Source of the DNA: Nemertoderma westbladi
Lineage: Eukaryota > Animalia > Xenacoelomorpha
Direction: 5' to 3'
Length of the DNA: 44,181 nt
Assembly: GCA_032718475.1 (NCBI GenBank)
Contig: JAUCBJ010001824.1
Span: forward strand, 1 to 44,181
The position numbers and the translations under genes were made by a program. The notes under the pieces are model-generated. The model was not told where the DNA came from, made no database searches, and was given only the letters and a program-made list of their open reading frames with translations. Below, in pieces: positions 11,745 to 24,343 of the stretch (the first letter of the stretch is position 1; each line of letters starts with the position of its first letter).

Positions 11745-13097
11745 ACAGTGTTCTGATCCTCGTGGCTTTATTTTCACTCACTCACTAACGTTCTTTCGTG
11801 TAACAAAGCCACTCGGATCATCACACTGTAAAGTGCTACTTTACACACACGTATGTAAATAGTTATTACAGTGTTCTGATCCTCGTGGCTTTATTTTCAC
11901 TCACTCACTAACGTTCGTTCGTGTAACAAAGCCACTCGGATCATCACACTGTAAAGTGCTACTTTACACACAAGTATGTAAATAGTTATTACAGTGTTCT
12001 GATCCTCGTGGCTTTATTTTCACTCACTCACTAACGTTCGTTCGTGTAACAAAGCCACTCGGATCATCACACTGTAAAGTGCTACTTTACACACACGTAT
12101 GTAAATAGTTATTACAGTGTTCTGATCCTCGTGGCTTTATTTTCACTCACTCACTAACGTTCGTTCGTGTAACAAAGCCACTCGGATCATCACACTGTAA
12201 AGTGCTACTTTACACACACGTATGTAAATAGTTATTACAGTGTTCTGATCCTCGTGGCTTTATTTTCACTCACTCACTAACGTTCGTTCGTGTAACAAAG
12301 CCACTCGGATCATCACACTGTAAAGTGCTACTTTACACACACGTATGTAAATAGTTATTACAGTGTTCTGATCCTCGTGGCTTTATTTTCACTCACTCAC
12401 TAACGTTCGTTCGTGTAACAAAGCCACTCGGATCATCACACTGTAAAGTGCTACTTTACACACAAGTATGTAAATAGTTATTACAGTGTTCTGATCCTCG
12501 TGGCTTTATTTTCACTCACTCACTAACGTTCGTTCGTGTAACAAAGCCACTCGGATCATCACACTGTAAAGTGCTACTTTACACACAAGTATGTAAATAG
12601 TTATTACAGTGTTCTGATCCTCGTGGCTTTATTTTCACTCACTCACTAACGTTCGTTCGTGTAACAAAGCCACTCGGATCATCACACTGTAAAGTGCTAC
12701 TTTACACACACGTATGTAAATAGTTATTACAGTGTTCTGATCCTCGTGGCTTTATTTTCACTCACTCACTAACGTTCGTTCGTGTAACAAAGCCACTCGG
12801 ATCATCACACTGTAAAGTGCTACTTTACACACACGTATGTAAATAGTTATTACAGTGTTCTGATCCTCGTGGCTTTATTTTCACTCACTCACTAACGTTC
12901 GTTCGTGTAACAAAGCCACTCGGATCATCACACTGTAAAGTGCTACTTTACACACAAGTATGTAAATAGTTATTACAGTGTTCTGATCCTCGTGGCTTTA
13001 TTTTCACTCACTCACTAACGTTCGTTCGTGTAACAAAGCCACTCGGATCATCACACTGTAAAGTGCTACTTTACACACAAGTATGTAAATAGTTATT
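11745..13097 (+). repeat. Tandem array 11 x 123 bp of the hairpin core
   Basis: ACAGTGTTCTGATCC starts every 123 bp from 11745 to 12975; units differ mainly by one A/C site; only one unit is present in copy 2 (28021-28143). Confidence 0.97.
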
Positions 13098-13614
13098 ACA
13101 AGAAATGTAATTAATGTTCGTAACTATTGGATTCATTTATCGTTTAATTAGTTCAATAGGGCCTCCAGCTACCGGTATAGTTTCAATTGAGTAGGCCGAC
13201 CTAACATAATTCAAAAAAAGAATAATAAACAATTAAATTTAGCCTCGATAGACAGACTGGAGAACTGCAGGCAGATACATCAGGGTCCGAAGACGCGTAT
13301 AAGTTCTACTACATATTGTGCAAAGTTCATCTTGGACGACTTAAAAGCTGGATTAAAAGCAAATATAATGAACGACTTTAATTAGCCCTCTAGCGTGAAG
13401 TGTTTAACTTCGAACGATACATAAAATTAAACTTTTTAGGTCCTCTACAAGGGTATGTGTAATGTAAATCTAGCGACAGAGAAGACATTCCTAATTAATA
13501 AACTGGTTACCCTTTCCTTCTACGCGTATCCTACGACCTTTGCGTAACTTGATGCTTCTCTTGTGTTTATATCCACTATTAATTAACTCGCTAAAAAGCA
13601 TTCGCTGACAGATA

Positions 13615-16600
13615 AAGTTTCTCAAGATGGACTCGATTACTTCTACTGGATACTTACCAATCTGGGCCGTTGCCGTTTTCTTTAGAACAAACAGCGTGCC
13701 GTTTGGACCATCGCGGGCACCAAATATCCTGACATGCATTTGGTATGTAACCACTGGGCCGGAAAGGTCTTCATTCTCAAACCAGAGAAATCTAAGACTA
13801 TCCTGGTCTGCCTTACAGGCTCTTACCTGGTGGAACATCGCCTCGATGTCGCAAGTAAACGCAAATCGCCGCTGTCTAAAACGCAACAGTATTCCTATCA
13901 AATAATTATTCAGGTTGGGTCCATCCATCAACTCTGAATTCAGGGACATACCTCTACAGACTGCTGCGCAGTCGTTGACTACTCGGACTTTGTCTGGTTT
14001 GTCAGGGTGAGTCACATAGTGGTGTGGGAGGTAATATGTCTGGTCCGTCACTAAGTCCGGGTCCTCTACCTTCCCAGCAAATCCCTTGGCGAAATAGTTG
14101 TTGATCTGGGCGCAATACTTCTCCCTAATGTCCGGATTCTTCAACAACCGAGCCCTTACGCCGTTCAATCTTTTCAAGGCTAAGTTGTAGTTGTTCTCCA
14201 ACTTAGGTGGTTGTCGACGCCACAACATTCCAACTTCAAAATGTCCAGTCGGTAGCAAACGTATGGTATCTTCCATCATCTCCAGCGACCGTTTCTCATC
14301 AGTGGACATGGTTAGGTCATACCCACCGGGTTCCATTGCGTCCCTATCCAGCCATTCGACGGTTCTGGCTCCTGTCTCGAGGTCCTGGCGTATCAATTCC
14401 TTCTGTAGCTCCTCCTCACTGTATTGGAAAATGTCTAGGTCTCGATATTTAGCCACCTGACCCTCCACTATGTCGGTATAAGTCAAAACGTTACTCAGAT
14501 AAGTAGCGTGGGCCGCTGAACCAGACCCACAGGTCTGATAACAGTAGTCCTCGGGTTCACTATCTGTCCGGTCATTGTAGAGTGGTTCCGACAACCTAAC
14601 ATTATCGGGATCAACTCCTCGTCCGACTCGCTAACGTCACTGTAGTGGTCAATACAGGTTCTCCTAAACTCGTCTATGTCTGGTGGTTCTACTAACGGTG
14701 GTTGAATTATAGGCTGTAATCCGTTGTATCTATCCATTGGCTTGTCGCCACCTGTGAACTCATAGGACATGGGTACTTGTGTATACCAACCTAATATAGT
14801 CCTATGGGCATGTGGTCCATTTACATGCGGCTCAGCTGGTCTCGTTTCCCATATTTGGTGTGCGATCAGCTGTTCTGCACCAATTAACATAGAAACATTC
14901 CTATAACCTACCTGGTGTCTCGGTACTCTGAGCTTGTCAAAATATTCCTGTGCTATGGGACTCATCGGTGGCACCTTACCTAACTGCCTGCCGAACCCCT
15001 TCATAGCTAGACACTTAAATCCATCCAATGGCAATGCTCTCCGTTCTTGTCGAGTGTGCTGGTCTCTCGGTAGTAGGGAATCTAGTTCTATAGATATCCT
15101 GTGTCCCTTGAGGTCACCTACCCCGTGCATGGACTTTAACTCTATTTGGATCTCCTCTGCGTCCTGGAAGCTAGAAACGGCTCTCGCCACTTCCTCGTCG
15201 ATATACTGTAAGATAATGTGGACGCAGTGTCCAACATCACATATATCCTCTTCGATCCCTTATCTCCAGTAAGTTTCACCGGAATCACGCTGAATATCTC
15301 CGACGTGGCCGATGATAAATACATCCGCGCGTTGGTCGATGAACTATCCGCAGTGAAACCTTGGCAGGTCACTTCTCTCGCGCTCGCCTCGCCATCCTCG
15401 TCCGACGAACCTGGTTGATAACCATCGTCCTGGATGCCAGTATACATATTACTCCTTATTGATACAGTGTCTCTGCTCCCCTTCCTTTGAGGATTTCTCT
15501 GTAAGTAACGGTCCGTTGGGGTATGGAAATCCGCATGTAGCAACTTGTGATGTAGTCTGCTGCATTCCATGCATCCGTCCTTGCTGTTCGGGCACTGCCG
15601 CCGTACATGGCCTGGCGCAAGACATGCCCAACAGGTGTCCAACGTCCGCACTTGAACTCTTCTCTGTTCCGAATTTAATTCTTTGAACAGTCTGCAACTG
15701 TCTAACTTATGGTCGTCAGATCTTACCTCCTTTAGTAAGCAGAATTGGCAACCTACAAATCCATCCGGCAACTCCTGTTGCTTTAACCTAGGTCTATCTA
15801 ACCGCTCACCTGACCATACTCGCGAGTCTGATCTAAAGGCTGGGGTACTCGAATTATATCTGTCAACTGAGTTAAAAGTCACAGTGGTCCTGCCATCGTC
15901 AAAACTTACCATTGACTTACCAGTAACAGGCTTAGACTCCCTCATATTCTCCTCTGAGAAGTTTGATTTCATCTCTGCTACTGCGTCTGTGGCTATCATG
16001 TCATGAATGTGTTGAAGTGTCAATACTTTACCTTGGCTCTCCAACTTATTCTCTAATTTGCGCCATTTCTGTCTGTAACGCATGTTTAAACGTCTTATTA
16101 TGCTCTTCAAAACTTCGGTGTGATCACCATGATGAGGAAGATTCACCGTCCTCAAGATGTCTAATGCGTTCGAAATAGCGTTCGCTAAGTTCAACAGCTC
16201 TAATGGAGTTGTAATCCTTCCGCCCTTACCCAAGTCTTCCACTATCGACTGTGCCATCTTGGTTTTATTCCCATAGATGTCGCTAAGCGTCTTCATTGCT
16301 AACTCGAATGCTCTTTCATTGCCAACGAAGTTGTCAGCAATGGCTCTAGGTTCTCGATGGAGCATCTGAAGCAAATAGTTGAACTTCTCGTTGGGAGTAA
16401 AGGTGCTGTTGGTCAGCTGTTCGTCGACATAGGTTTTGAACGTCCTCCAATGCTTGTGATTACCCATAAACTTCTGGGGTTGTTGCGTCGGCAGTCCTTG
16501 CCTAGCGGCAAACTTACCTATGTCTCTAAGGGTTGCGTCGTTCCGGGTTAACAAATGGTTTAGTTCCGCAGGGTTATTAAGTCTGGTCCCTTCCCGGTGG

Positions 16601-18945
16601 TTCAAACTTACCTGCTCCGCGGCGGTCCTTCTTTCCTTATAGTTTCGGGACTTCTGACGTCTCATTTCTTCCTCTTCATCGCTTGAGTCTGTGTCGGTCC
16701 TCAGCGCTCGCGTTGGTTTGTGTGCCGAAGCCCTGACCCAAGCATCTTGTATAAAACTTTGCGCCAAGTTTTCGAAGTTGGGATTATAAATTGTAGAGAC
16801 AGGCGTTCTTACCTGAGGTCTATGTGGTATAGTTGCCTCCGATATGCGTACTCATTGACTAGGTTGGACTTTGTCTAACTCAGACCTGCTAGGATTTGAA
16901 TTACTTCTTACCTGGGCTGCTTCCCTTAACTGCAGGTTACTAAGCATGTCCGTTATAGGTTGGATGTGCGGCGATATAGCTTGCGCTAAACTGGCACTTA
17001 ACTCATCCCTTGTAATAAATTCCTGGCTAGGGTTCTGTTGTATAGTCGGCTCTATCTGAGTAATCCGCTGTCTCTCATATGATCCCTCTTCCGGTTTAAC
17101 CCGGAAGTTCTCCGTCGAACTGGGTCGGTGCTCCGTCCGCGTATTCCAAACCCGCGGGTTCGGTTCACCCAATACTCGGCCCGTCGGAGTTTCTCCTCTA
17201 AACTCTTTATTGTCCCATTCGGTATGTAGTGGTGCGGTGTTCTGATGACGCGGATCCTGCGCGATGGGTGAAGCATTAATACCAACTGGCGTGCGATATG
17301 TAGAGAACGGTTTAGCGATCCGTGTACTCGTAATAGCTGGACCGGGGATAGGAACTCTGGTCATCGTCGACTCGCGTATAGTCGGAGTTCTCGCTTCCTG
17401 TTCGGCCTTCTGCAGTGCGAACAGTTCTCGCAACTCGGTACCTACACTCGCCCCACATTCTTCGATCATTCGCATCCCCTTCTCAGCGATCTTCTCTCGT
17501 TCTTCGCTCTCTAAGTTTAGTCTCGCACTTTCCAACTGCGCCAGTTTACGTTCTTCTTCTTCCCTCGCTCGTCTCGCTGCGCTCTCTTCTTCAACGCGCG
17601 CCTTCTCTTCATACAATGCCCGTCATTCCTTCTCGATCTCGAGTTCTCGTTCTTTACGCTTGTGTTCGAGTTGAAGTTCGTATTCCTTTTGTTCGTGTTC
17701 CTTGCGCTCGCGTTCAAATTGGAGTTCGCGTTCCTTCTGTTTGCGTTCAAGTTGGAGTTCGTGTTCCTTGCGCTCGCGTTCCGCTTGCTCACGCTTATTT
17801 ATTTCCTCCAACTCTCGCAACTTCGCATCTAACTTAAGTGTGCGCTCCCGTTCCCGCTCGGCTTCCTTCCGTGCTTCCGATGCACGCAAACCTTCCGCCT
17901 GCCGTTTGTCTAGTCGGCGTCTTCTCTCCTCTGCCGAGTTGTGAGAAACGAGGGATCTAGTGCATATAACTTTACCTTGCGCGTGACTAACCTGGGAATC
18001 GCTACTGTCTCTAGATGCGTCGTCGGGTGGAGTTAATGTTCTCTGTTGGATGTTGTCCATCATCGGTAGCACCTGGCCCGGTACCACCACTCCACTCTGC
18101 ATCAGCCAGCTGGTAACTTCCCTCTGATACCGGGACCAGCGCTCTTCTTTATCTTGGTTTACTTCCCGCTCCACTAAGTTTCTCGACTCTGCATCACTCA
18201 CCTGAGTCGCCTGCGCTTGCGATGCCCAGAGCAACCAGTTCTCTGTCCTAACTCGTCGGAATCGCTCCGATAACACGCGGTGCTCCAACAAGGCTGCTAA
18301 AACCCTATCGTAAACCCTCGTCGCCACGTCGCTCGACTGAGACTCCACTGCTCTCTTCGCTAGGACTGCAAGCTCCTCTGTCTGTTTGAATAACGCTGAG
18401 TTGTATCCTTTTCTAATCTCTACTAACCCTTCCCTTCCGATGTTACCTGAGTCGGCTAACATCTTCCTTACCTTATCCGCTGTCCGAGTTATATGTCCGG
18501 CATGCGCGCGAAGTTTCTTCTTTATCGCGATGTCTAGTTCTCTCTTGCTTACCTGACTCACACTTGGTGGACTTGAAGGATTATTCCGGGAACTACGGGT
18601 ACTCCTTATAGCCGCTGGGACCACGGCACTTACCATACCCACAGGTCTGGAAACCGGGCTCCGGGCTCTCGCTTCTGCTACACTACCCTTCCTTTCACTC
18701 ACCTCTGGTCGGGCTGCTGTACAATCCTTCCTTACAGTAGTGGTAGGGGATCCTAATACTATTACCTCCACTTGTTCTTCCTCACTAGTTACTGTCTCGT
18801 CCTCCTGTTCACTTACGTCAGCCTCACTCGCTGCGTCGTCATAGTCGGCATTGTCGTCAACAGTAATATTAACGCTATCGTCAGTCGGCGGTCCAGCCGC
18901 CGTCTCATAGCTGTCCTCTAGTGCCTCTTTGTCTGAGACACTCAT
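13615..18945 (-). pseudogene. BEL/Pao gag-pol polyprotein pseudogene (2 in-frame TGA, 2 frameshifts, truncated in RT)
   Basis: DUF1759-like gag core (KFMGNHKHWRTFK...EKFNYLLQML); three Cys/His knuckles (CQFC..H..C, CWAC....H....C, CMEC...HHKLLH); protease LDTAS; RT motifs YYLPHH, KVRVVNDC, SLNSELMDGP, LLRFR, DIEAMFHQV, LRFLW, IFG. Stops at 17623 and 16852 are in frame with the next ORFs; frameshifts near 15207 and 14615. Confidence 0.93.
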
Positions 18946-21625
18946 AGTCTAAATAATGTTTTGCCTTCCGGCTAAAATCTCGCAAAAAATTCGAGATATA
19001 TATATATAATTTAATCGAAAACACGGTTAAATTATTTGTCAAATAATTAGTTGGTCCAAAATGTCAAAATAAATTTGCAATGCAATATTGTGAATTTAAT
19101 AGGGTGTAGTTATAGCAAATACCAGTACAATATTTAAACAAAATATTACTCTATAGCTATTATATAGCATTTAAATACCAGTATGACACAAAATAACTTC
19201 TGAATCTAATTCAAAATATTCAGAATGAATTTGCCACCCAAATATTTCTAATTTTACATATATAGCTCTAATCAACGCAATTTTAATTCCAAATATCATA
19301 TGTATCCACTAGCGCGTGGCTACACCTTCGGGTTGCGACTCTCTCTCTCTCTCTCTAACTGAGCGATTCAAAAACCATAGTCTAACTAACCTAACTAATA
19401 AATTGAGTTCAGCTTCGCAGTTAAACAACCGGTAATTTTTTACTGCTTCCACAAATACAATGGTGCCAACAGAACAACCAACCTTGTTTGCTGTGAGATT
19501 CCACGTCCGCGTCCAAAGTTTCAGGCTCTTCGCTGATTGCAAACCGAACCTGCAGACCCACACGAACCCCAAACTCAGAAGCTCCGTCTTGCCATGTATC
19601 TCCAGATGGTATAAAACAACTAAGCGGTTATCTAACATACCGGTACAAAAACTCTAGATTTTATTACAAAATAATTTTGACCGAAACTGAATTCTCGCAA
19701 ACCTAGCTAAAATTTTCAAAAAACTTACTAACTACAGCTTGCTCTAACGGCCTAATGAACTACTGTATTTGCGATTAGTAAATGCACTACCATACATCCA
19801 CTGTACGCAGTACAGTAAGTAAATAGTACACTAACCTAACAGCCTAATGAATACTGTATGTAGTACGGCAAAACAAATATCTTTCCTACCGTACGCAGTA
19901 ACAGCTATCAGCCTAATGCACCACTGTACTACCGCATTGCGACCAATGAATACCAAAATCTAAAACTAACAGCCTAAAAAATACACTATATTCTACTGTA
20001 TGCAGTACAGCAAAACATTTATACCCTACTGTTAAACTAGCGCGACCTCTATACTAACAGCAGAACTGTTAAACAGACAAATACCCGTACATCCCTGTTA
20101 ACCTAATAGGTTCTTGCCTAATCAATAAGACACAAAGACTGCTCTACTGTTAAATAGAGGTAATCAGGAGCGTGCTATTACTAATGTAGGGCTGCTAAGT
20201 ACAAACCGCTACTTACTGTTGGATGGCGCTAATCTGCCGTCCGCTAATATATTTACTAATTTTACACGACTCCTGCAAAATCGCTTGTTCCTTTCTCTAC
20301 CGATCGCTTGATAGAGAGCTAACTGTTCGAACATATGAGACACGCGGGAATAACCAAAACAATAAACCCGAACTGGCTCCCTAAGCTTACTTAAGACGAG
20401 TGTGAGAGGCTTTACACTCAGAGTGTATTCTTATGGCCTAATCTTACTGTTAAATTACGCTAATAATTACGTAATTTCTAATCGCGAATACTGGGGTTCC
20501 CTAACGGAATGTGTGAATGCGAGAGTATTTTAATAATCAAAAATGGTACAGTTTTATCAAGGCTTATACCTACTACGGGACTAAACTTGCCTTCGGCTGG
20601 CTTTAGACCAGCAATCTACTAATGCGTTCTGCGTACTGGATACTGCGATCTAACTTATTGCCCGCTAATTCAAATAACCGCCCAGCGTGAATAGTTTACG
20701 GTACTCCAAATTATTACCTTAACTACTCTCCGCTATGCTGCGTACAAATTCTTAATTTTACTAATTAATTACAGTCACAAATATGTAACAGCGTACTAAT
20801 TACTAAGTGTTCCAGAATGCGCAATTCTAATTTATCGCACAACGGGTAGCACTAGTAACAGCCTAAAATACTGTAATATTTTCGACCTAATCAGTAATTA
20901 TTTATCGTAAACTAAGAAATAGAAACCAATCAAAAGGAAAAGAGCGCCTATCTAAGCATTTGTGATTTATTAGGCACACTTTAGTAACACATCAATCAGC
21001 AGTCAACAATTCACAATCTATAGTTCGCTACGTAGTTGCGACGCAGTATACAATGCAGTTCGCAATTCGCTATGTAGGGTATAAAGGCCTCTCCCGGGTA
21101 CATCTACGCTTCCTAACTAACCCGATTCCTACCCCCTAATACTACAAAATAGAGACAAAATCTGGATCATCAGCCCCTAATTACTGTACCAGCGAGTGGT
21201 CTCCACTCTACACTGCCAACTTCCCAACCGCAACAGTGACCCCCGCCAATGTTGCTTGCCTTTGAATCCTCCGCACTCCCTTCGTCGCTAACCCCCCAAT
21301 TCGCCCGCCGCGCCTACCGGTACCTCAGCCCTCCATCTAATGAGTAGCTACCGTAGCGGCGCACACAATCTCAAACAGTCTGACAGTCCAAGAAAATCCC
21401 GTGGGATTATTACATCGAAAGGAATTACATAGAACCATTAACTAAAGGGTAGAAATCATAGTTCCATTTGTAATTAATAGTAATCATTGGGATTAATCAA
21501 GAAACACACCAAGAAATCGGTCGAAATTACGAATTAGCGAATCATTTCCAGAAATAATTGCGAAAAGCAGAAATAATTAGCAACAAATTTAAGAGTAGGA
21601 ATTATACGCAAAAAATTACCGAATT

Positions 21626-21761
21626 AACTGAGGATTATAGACAGCACATACCAGAAACACAGCCAATTTATAGGTGATTCATGAGGGATGATGCAATCGT
21701 TCTCTCATTGGCTCTCCAATCCGCGCCACCATTAGACCAACCTGGAAGCAGCTAGGCCAAT
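21626..21761 (-). promoter_or_regulatory. Candidate LTR promoter (CCAAT cluster, TATAAA, Inr-like TCAGTT)
   Basis: CCAAT/ATTGG at ~21706, 21716 and 21757; TATAAA at 21667-21672 (minus); TCAGTT at 21626-21631. TATA-Inr spacing (~43 nt) is longer than canonical. Confidence 0.4.
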
Positions 21762-24343
21762 AAGGAGGCCGGATTGTGAACCTATTGCTCCTAAAACCCA
21801 CAATTCGTCACCATATATGGTAATTTTGCCGATGCTTAATTTCGCGGTACTAATATTATGATGCACAAAGGTTAATTTAGCGCGATTATAAAGAAAATTA
21901 AGACCAATGTAAGCTAGGCCTATAGAGGCTAATAACAGCAAGCTTAAATCCAGGGTCCAACAGAAAACTTGCTACCCTGGAACTATCTACTTATATCCTA
22001 TTACAAAATTACATAGGTAGGGCTAGATACTATACAAAATGGATTAATTCAAATATATGGGCGTTTTATTTTCCTTATCTAAATGTCATCACGCGTTATT
22101 ATGTCTTATCTAAATAATTATACTGCCACATAACGGCTAATATATTATACTGCATAACGGCTAATTGTATAATGGCTAATATAAGTACAGCGCCATATAC
22201 CGTAACAGAGATACTTGTCGTTGTCAGAGATGGCAACATTAATAGCCATAGGAATAATTTTCATATTGGGTGAATAATTTGTTGCTAGTCGAGGCGCAAA
22301 AATGTTGACCCAATAAATACAGTAGCAAAAAAGATGTTATACTCGAGTTCTCTGAGTTAAATAATCCATAAACCACTCTGCATAGATGAATCATTATGAT
22401 AGATTCTATCTTTGGGAGATTAAAGAGTCTACACAGGAGCTCAGGTGGTTACCCGCCCTCAGTGTCGAACGCATTGCCTTTTGGCAGCAATAATGCATGT
22501 GCAACGTATGGGATAAACAAAATGTTCTAGAATATTATGTATTTATTGAAAATAATAAAATAGCCTCGCGCAGGTGCAAAACCATGTAACATTTGAACGC
22601 CCATATCTCAGTTATTTTACGACGAAATTCAGATTGTGTTACATATTTGGAATCCTTGCATGGCCAGCTTTATAAATTAACAAATCTCTATAAGGTTGAA
22701 GAATAACTGCGGTATAGGTATAGCTGTCAGTGCAATATCGACGGAGACACCTTTTTCAAACGCTTGTAGCTAAATAATGAAAACAAAGATAAAAATTCTG
22801 GCTCACCCGGGAAGGAGGAGGGAGGTGAAACTATCTCTGTTGCAAATTTCATGCAATCTTATTAAGATTTGAAGACAATTTTTTTTTGGGGGGGGGGGGG
22901 GGGGGGTACAGGTACCTGATTAACGACACTATATTCCAGGATATGGTGTGTAGTATCGTATAATATGATCAAAATCTGGAATTGAGTTGAGCCAATGGCA
23001 ACAAGAGCAAGAGTTTTTGTTAGGCCATCATAGTATCCCAATGCGCAGAGTCTGCTGCAGGCCGGTTATAGATAGATTGAACAAGTGCAAATGCACACCG
23101 TGTCAGTGCAAATGCGCACCGTGTCAGTGCAAATGAATAATTTTTGAGAATTGAAATCATAATATATTTGAATTTGAAACATCATAATCCCACCCAGATA
23201 TATATATATATTCTATTACGCAAGGTTTAACAAATTAATGGAAAGGGGTTTAATATCTGACGAGTATTTCCTTTCACTATCACCGCTCTTCGATAAATAA
23301 ATATCCGCTTTAATAATTTTAATAATAAAAATAACATTAATTAAGTACCAAAGACCAAGATGATTGTAAATTCAAGTATTCTTATTAAATGTATCTCATA
23401 TAACGTGCTGAGCCCAACCATGGCCTACTTAAATATTTATGTAGGCCATGGCCCAACATTCCTATATTAATTATATTATTAACATTTTGCATTCACAGCG
23501 CTCATCACCAATATATATTTATATTGCCGCCATTACATCACATGGGGTTTGCTGGGTGGTGTATACCCAAAACCCATACCACGGACTCCGCAATGGAATT
23601 CCTTACAAACTACTAGTCTCTGATTGGTCCTTACTTCAGGTTAAATTACATCGCCAGTATCGTTATGATTATGCGGCGTGGTGAAAACTCCGGTGAAACT
23701 AAATTGTCAGTACGGGTATTATCGGATGTTTATTTCTCGAACTTTATATTCTGTATTACATAGACTTACGATATCATTCTCTATGAAAAATCCAATTATT
23801 CCATTTAATGATTTCTAATGTTAATATTTTAAAAATAACATATTAATTATAAATATTCCTGAAATGTATTTGTTGGCTTACAATATATAGACGGATAAAT
23901 TTTACATTTATAACTTAAAGAAAAAGACACTTTTAAGAATATTGGGGAATTTGGGATTATTAATTTTACGACGGTCAAACGACCGTCAATTAATATTTCT
24001 GTAAGATGATGTAGGCCTAGGTTTTGAGAGATCTGAGCATCTTGGGGTTGGGTTCGCCTCCTCGGGAGGTATTATTTCTATCAGTAGCACCGCGTTTTAG
24101 CTTGTTTCTCTATTCGATCCAAGAGTTATAAATGCTCGCTATCACATCACATTAAGTAGCATTACAGCTTACATATTATTAATTAAGGGAAAGGAGCAGG
24201 TTACACTGGAAAGTATTCTTTCTAACCTAACAAAAGCAATAAACTACTTTAACCTGGTGAGGGATGAATTGTGATTGCGTCGAAAGCCCCCCTCCCTCCC
24301 CGAGCTGGTTCTTTCAGAGTAAAAATCACGATACCGGTACTGT

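Larger units (their letters stand above)
10056..13097. mobile_element. Tandem ~608-bp non-coding hairpin element (2 units; the second is interrupted by a MITE and ends in an amplified hairpin array)
   Basis: Unit starts TTATTC(A/C)AAAATTG at 10056 and 10664; each unit carries palindrome P1 (10187-10250 truncated; 10791-10881 full) and hairpin P2 (10499-10676; second one split by the MITE, core from 11745). Confidence 0.7.
5581..13614 (+). repeat. Segmental direct duplication, copy 1 (~8.0 kb)
   Basis: Near-identical to 22208-28671; the same small ORFs recur (6811/23448, 8378/25015, 9005/25642). The length difference is explained by 10 extra 123-bp units and a ~360-bp deletion in copy 2. Confidence 0.97.
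13615..22207 (-). mobile_element. 3'-truncated BEL/Pao LTR retrotransposon
   Basis: Gag-protease-RT coding remnant; minus strand begins TGTTACGG at 22207, exactly where identity to the empty site (5581 GAGAT) starts. RNase H, integrase and 3' LTR are missing; the inner LTR boundary and PBS were not identified. Confidence 0.85.

Noticed and set aside
11745-13097. CRISPR-like array
   Set aside because: Units are essentially identical with no unique spacers, there are no cas genes, and the context is eukaryotic; it is a tandem repeat.
14495-14620. Programmed ribosomal frameshift between protease and RT ORFs
   Set aside because: No slippery heptamer is evident, BEL/Pao elements normally have a single ORF, and a 1-nt deletion in a decayed copy is simpler.
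19045-21260. Candidate PBS/LTR ends (ACATTTTGGACC at ~19055; AACATTGGCGGGGG at ~21245)
   Set aside because: Both have the CA-N-TGG layout, but neither continues as a recognisable tRNA 3'-end complement and there is no second LTR to confirm.
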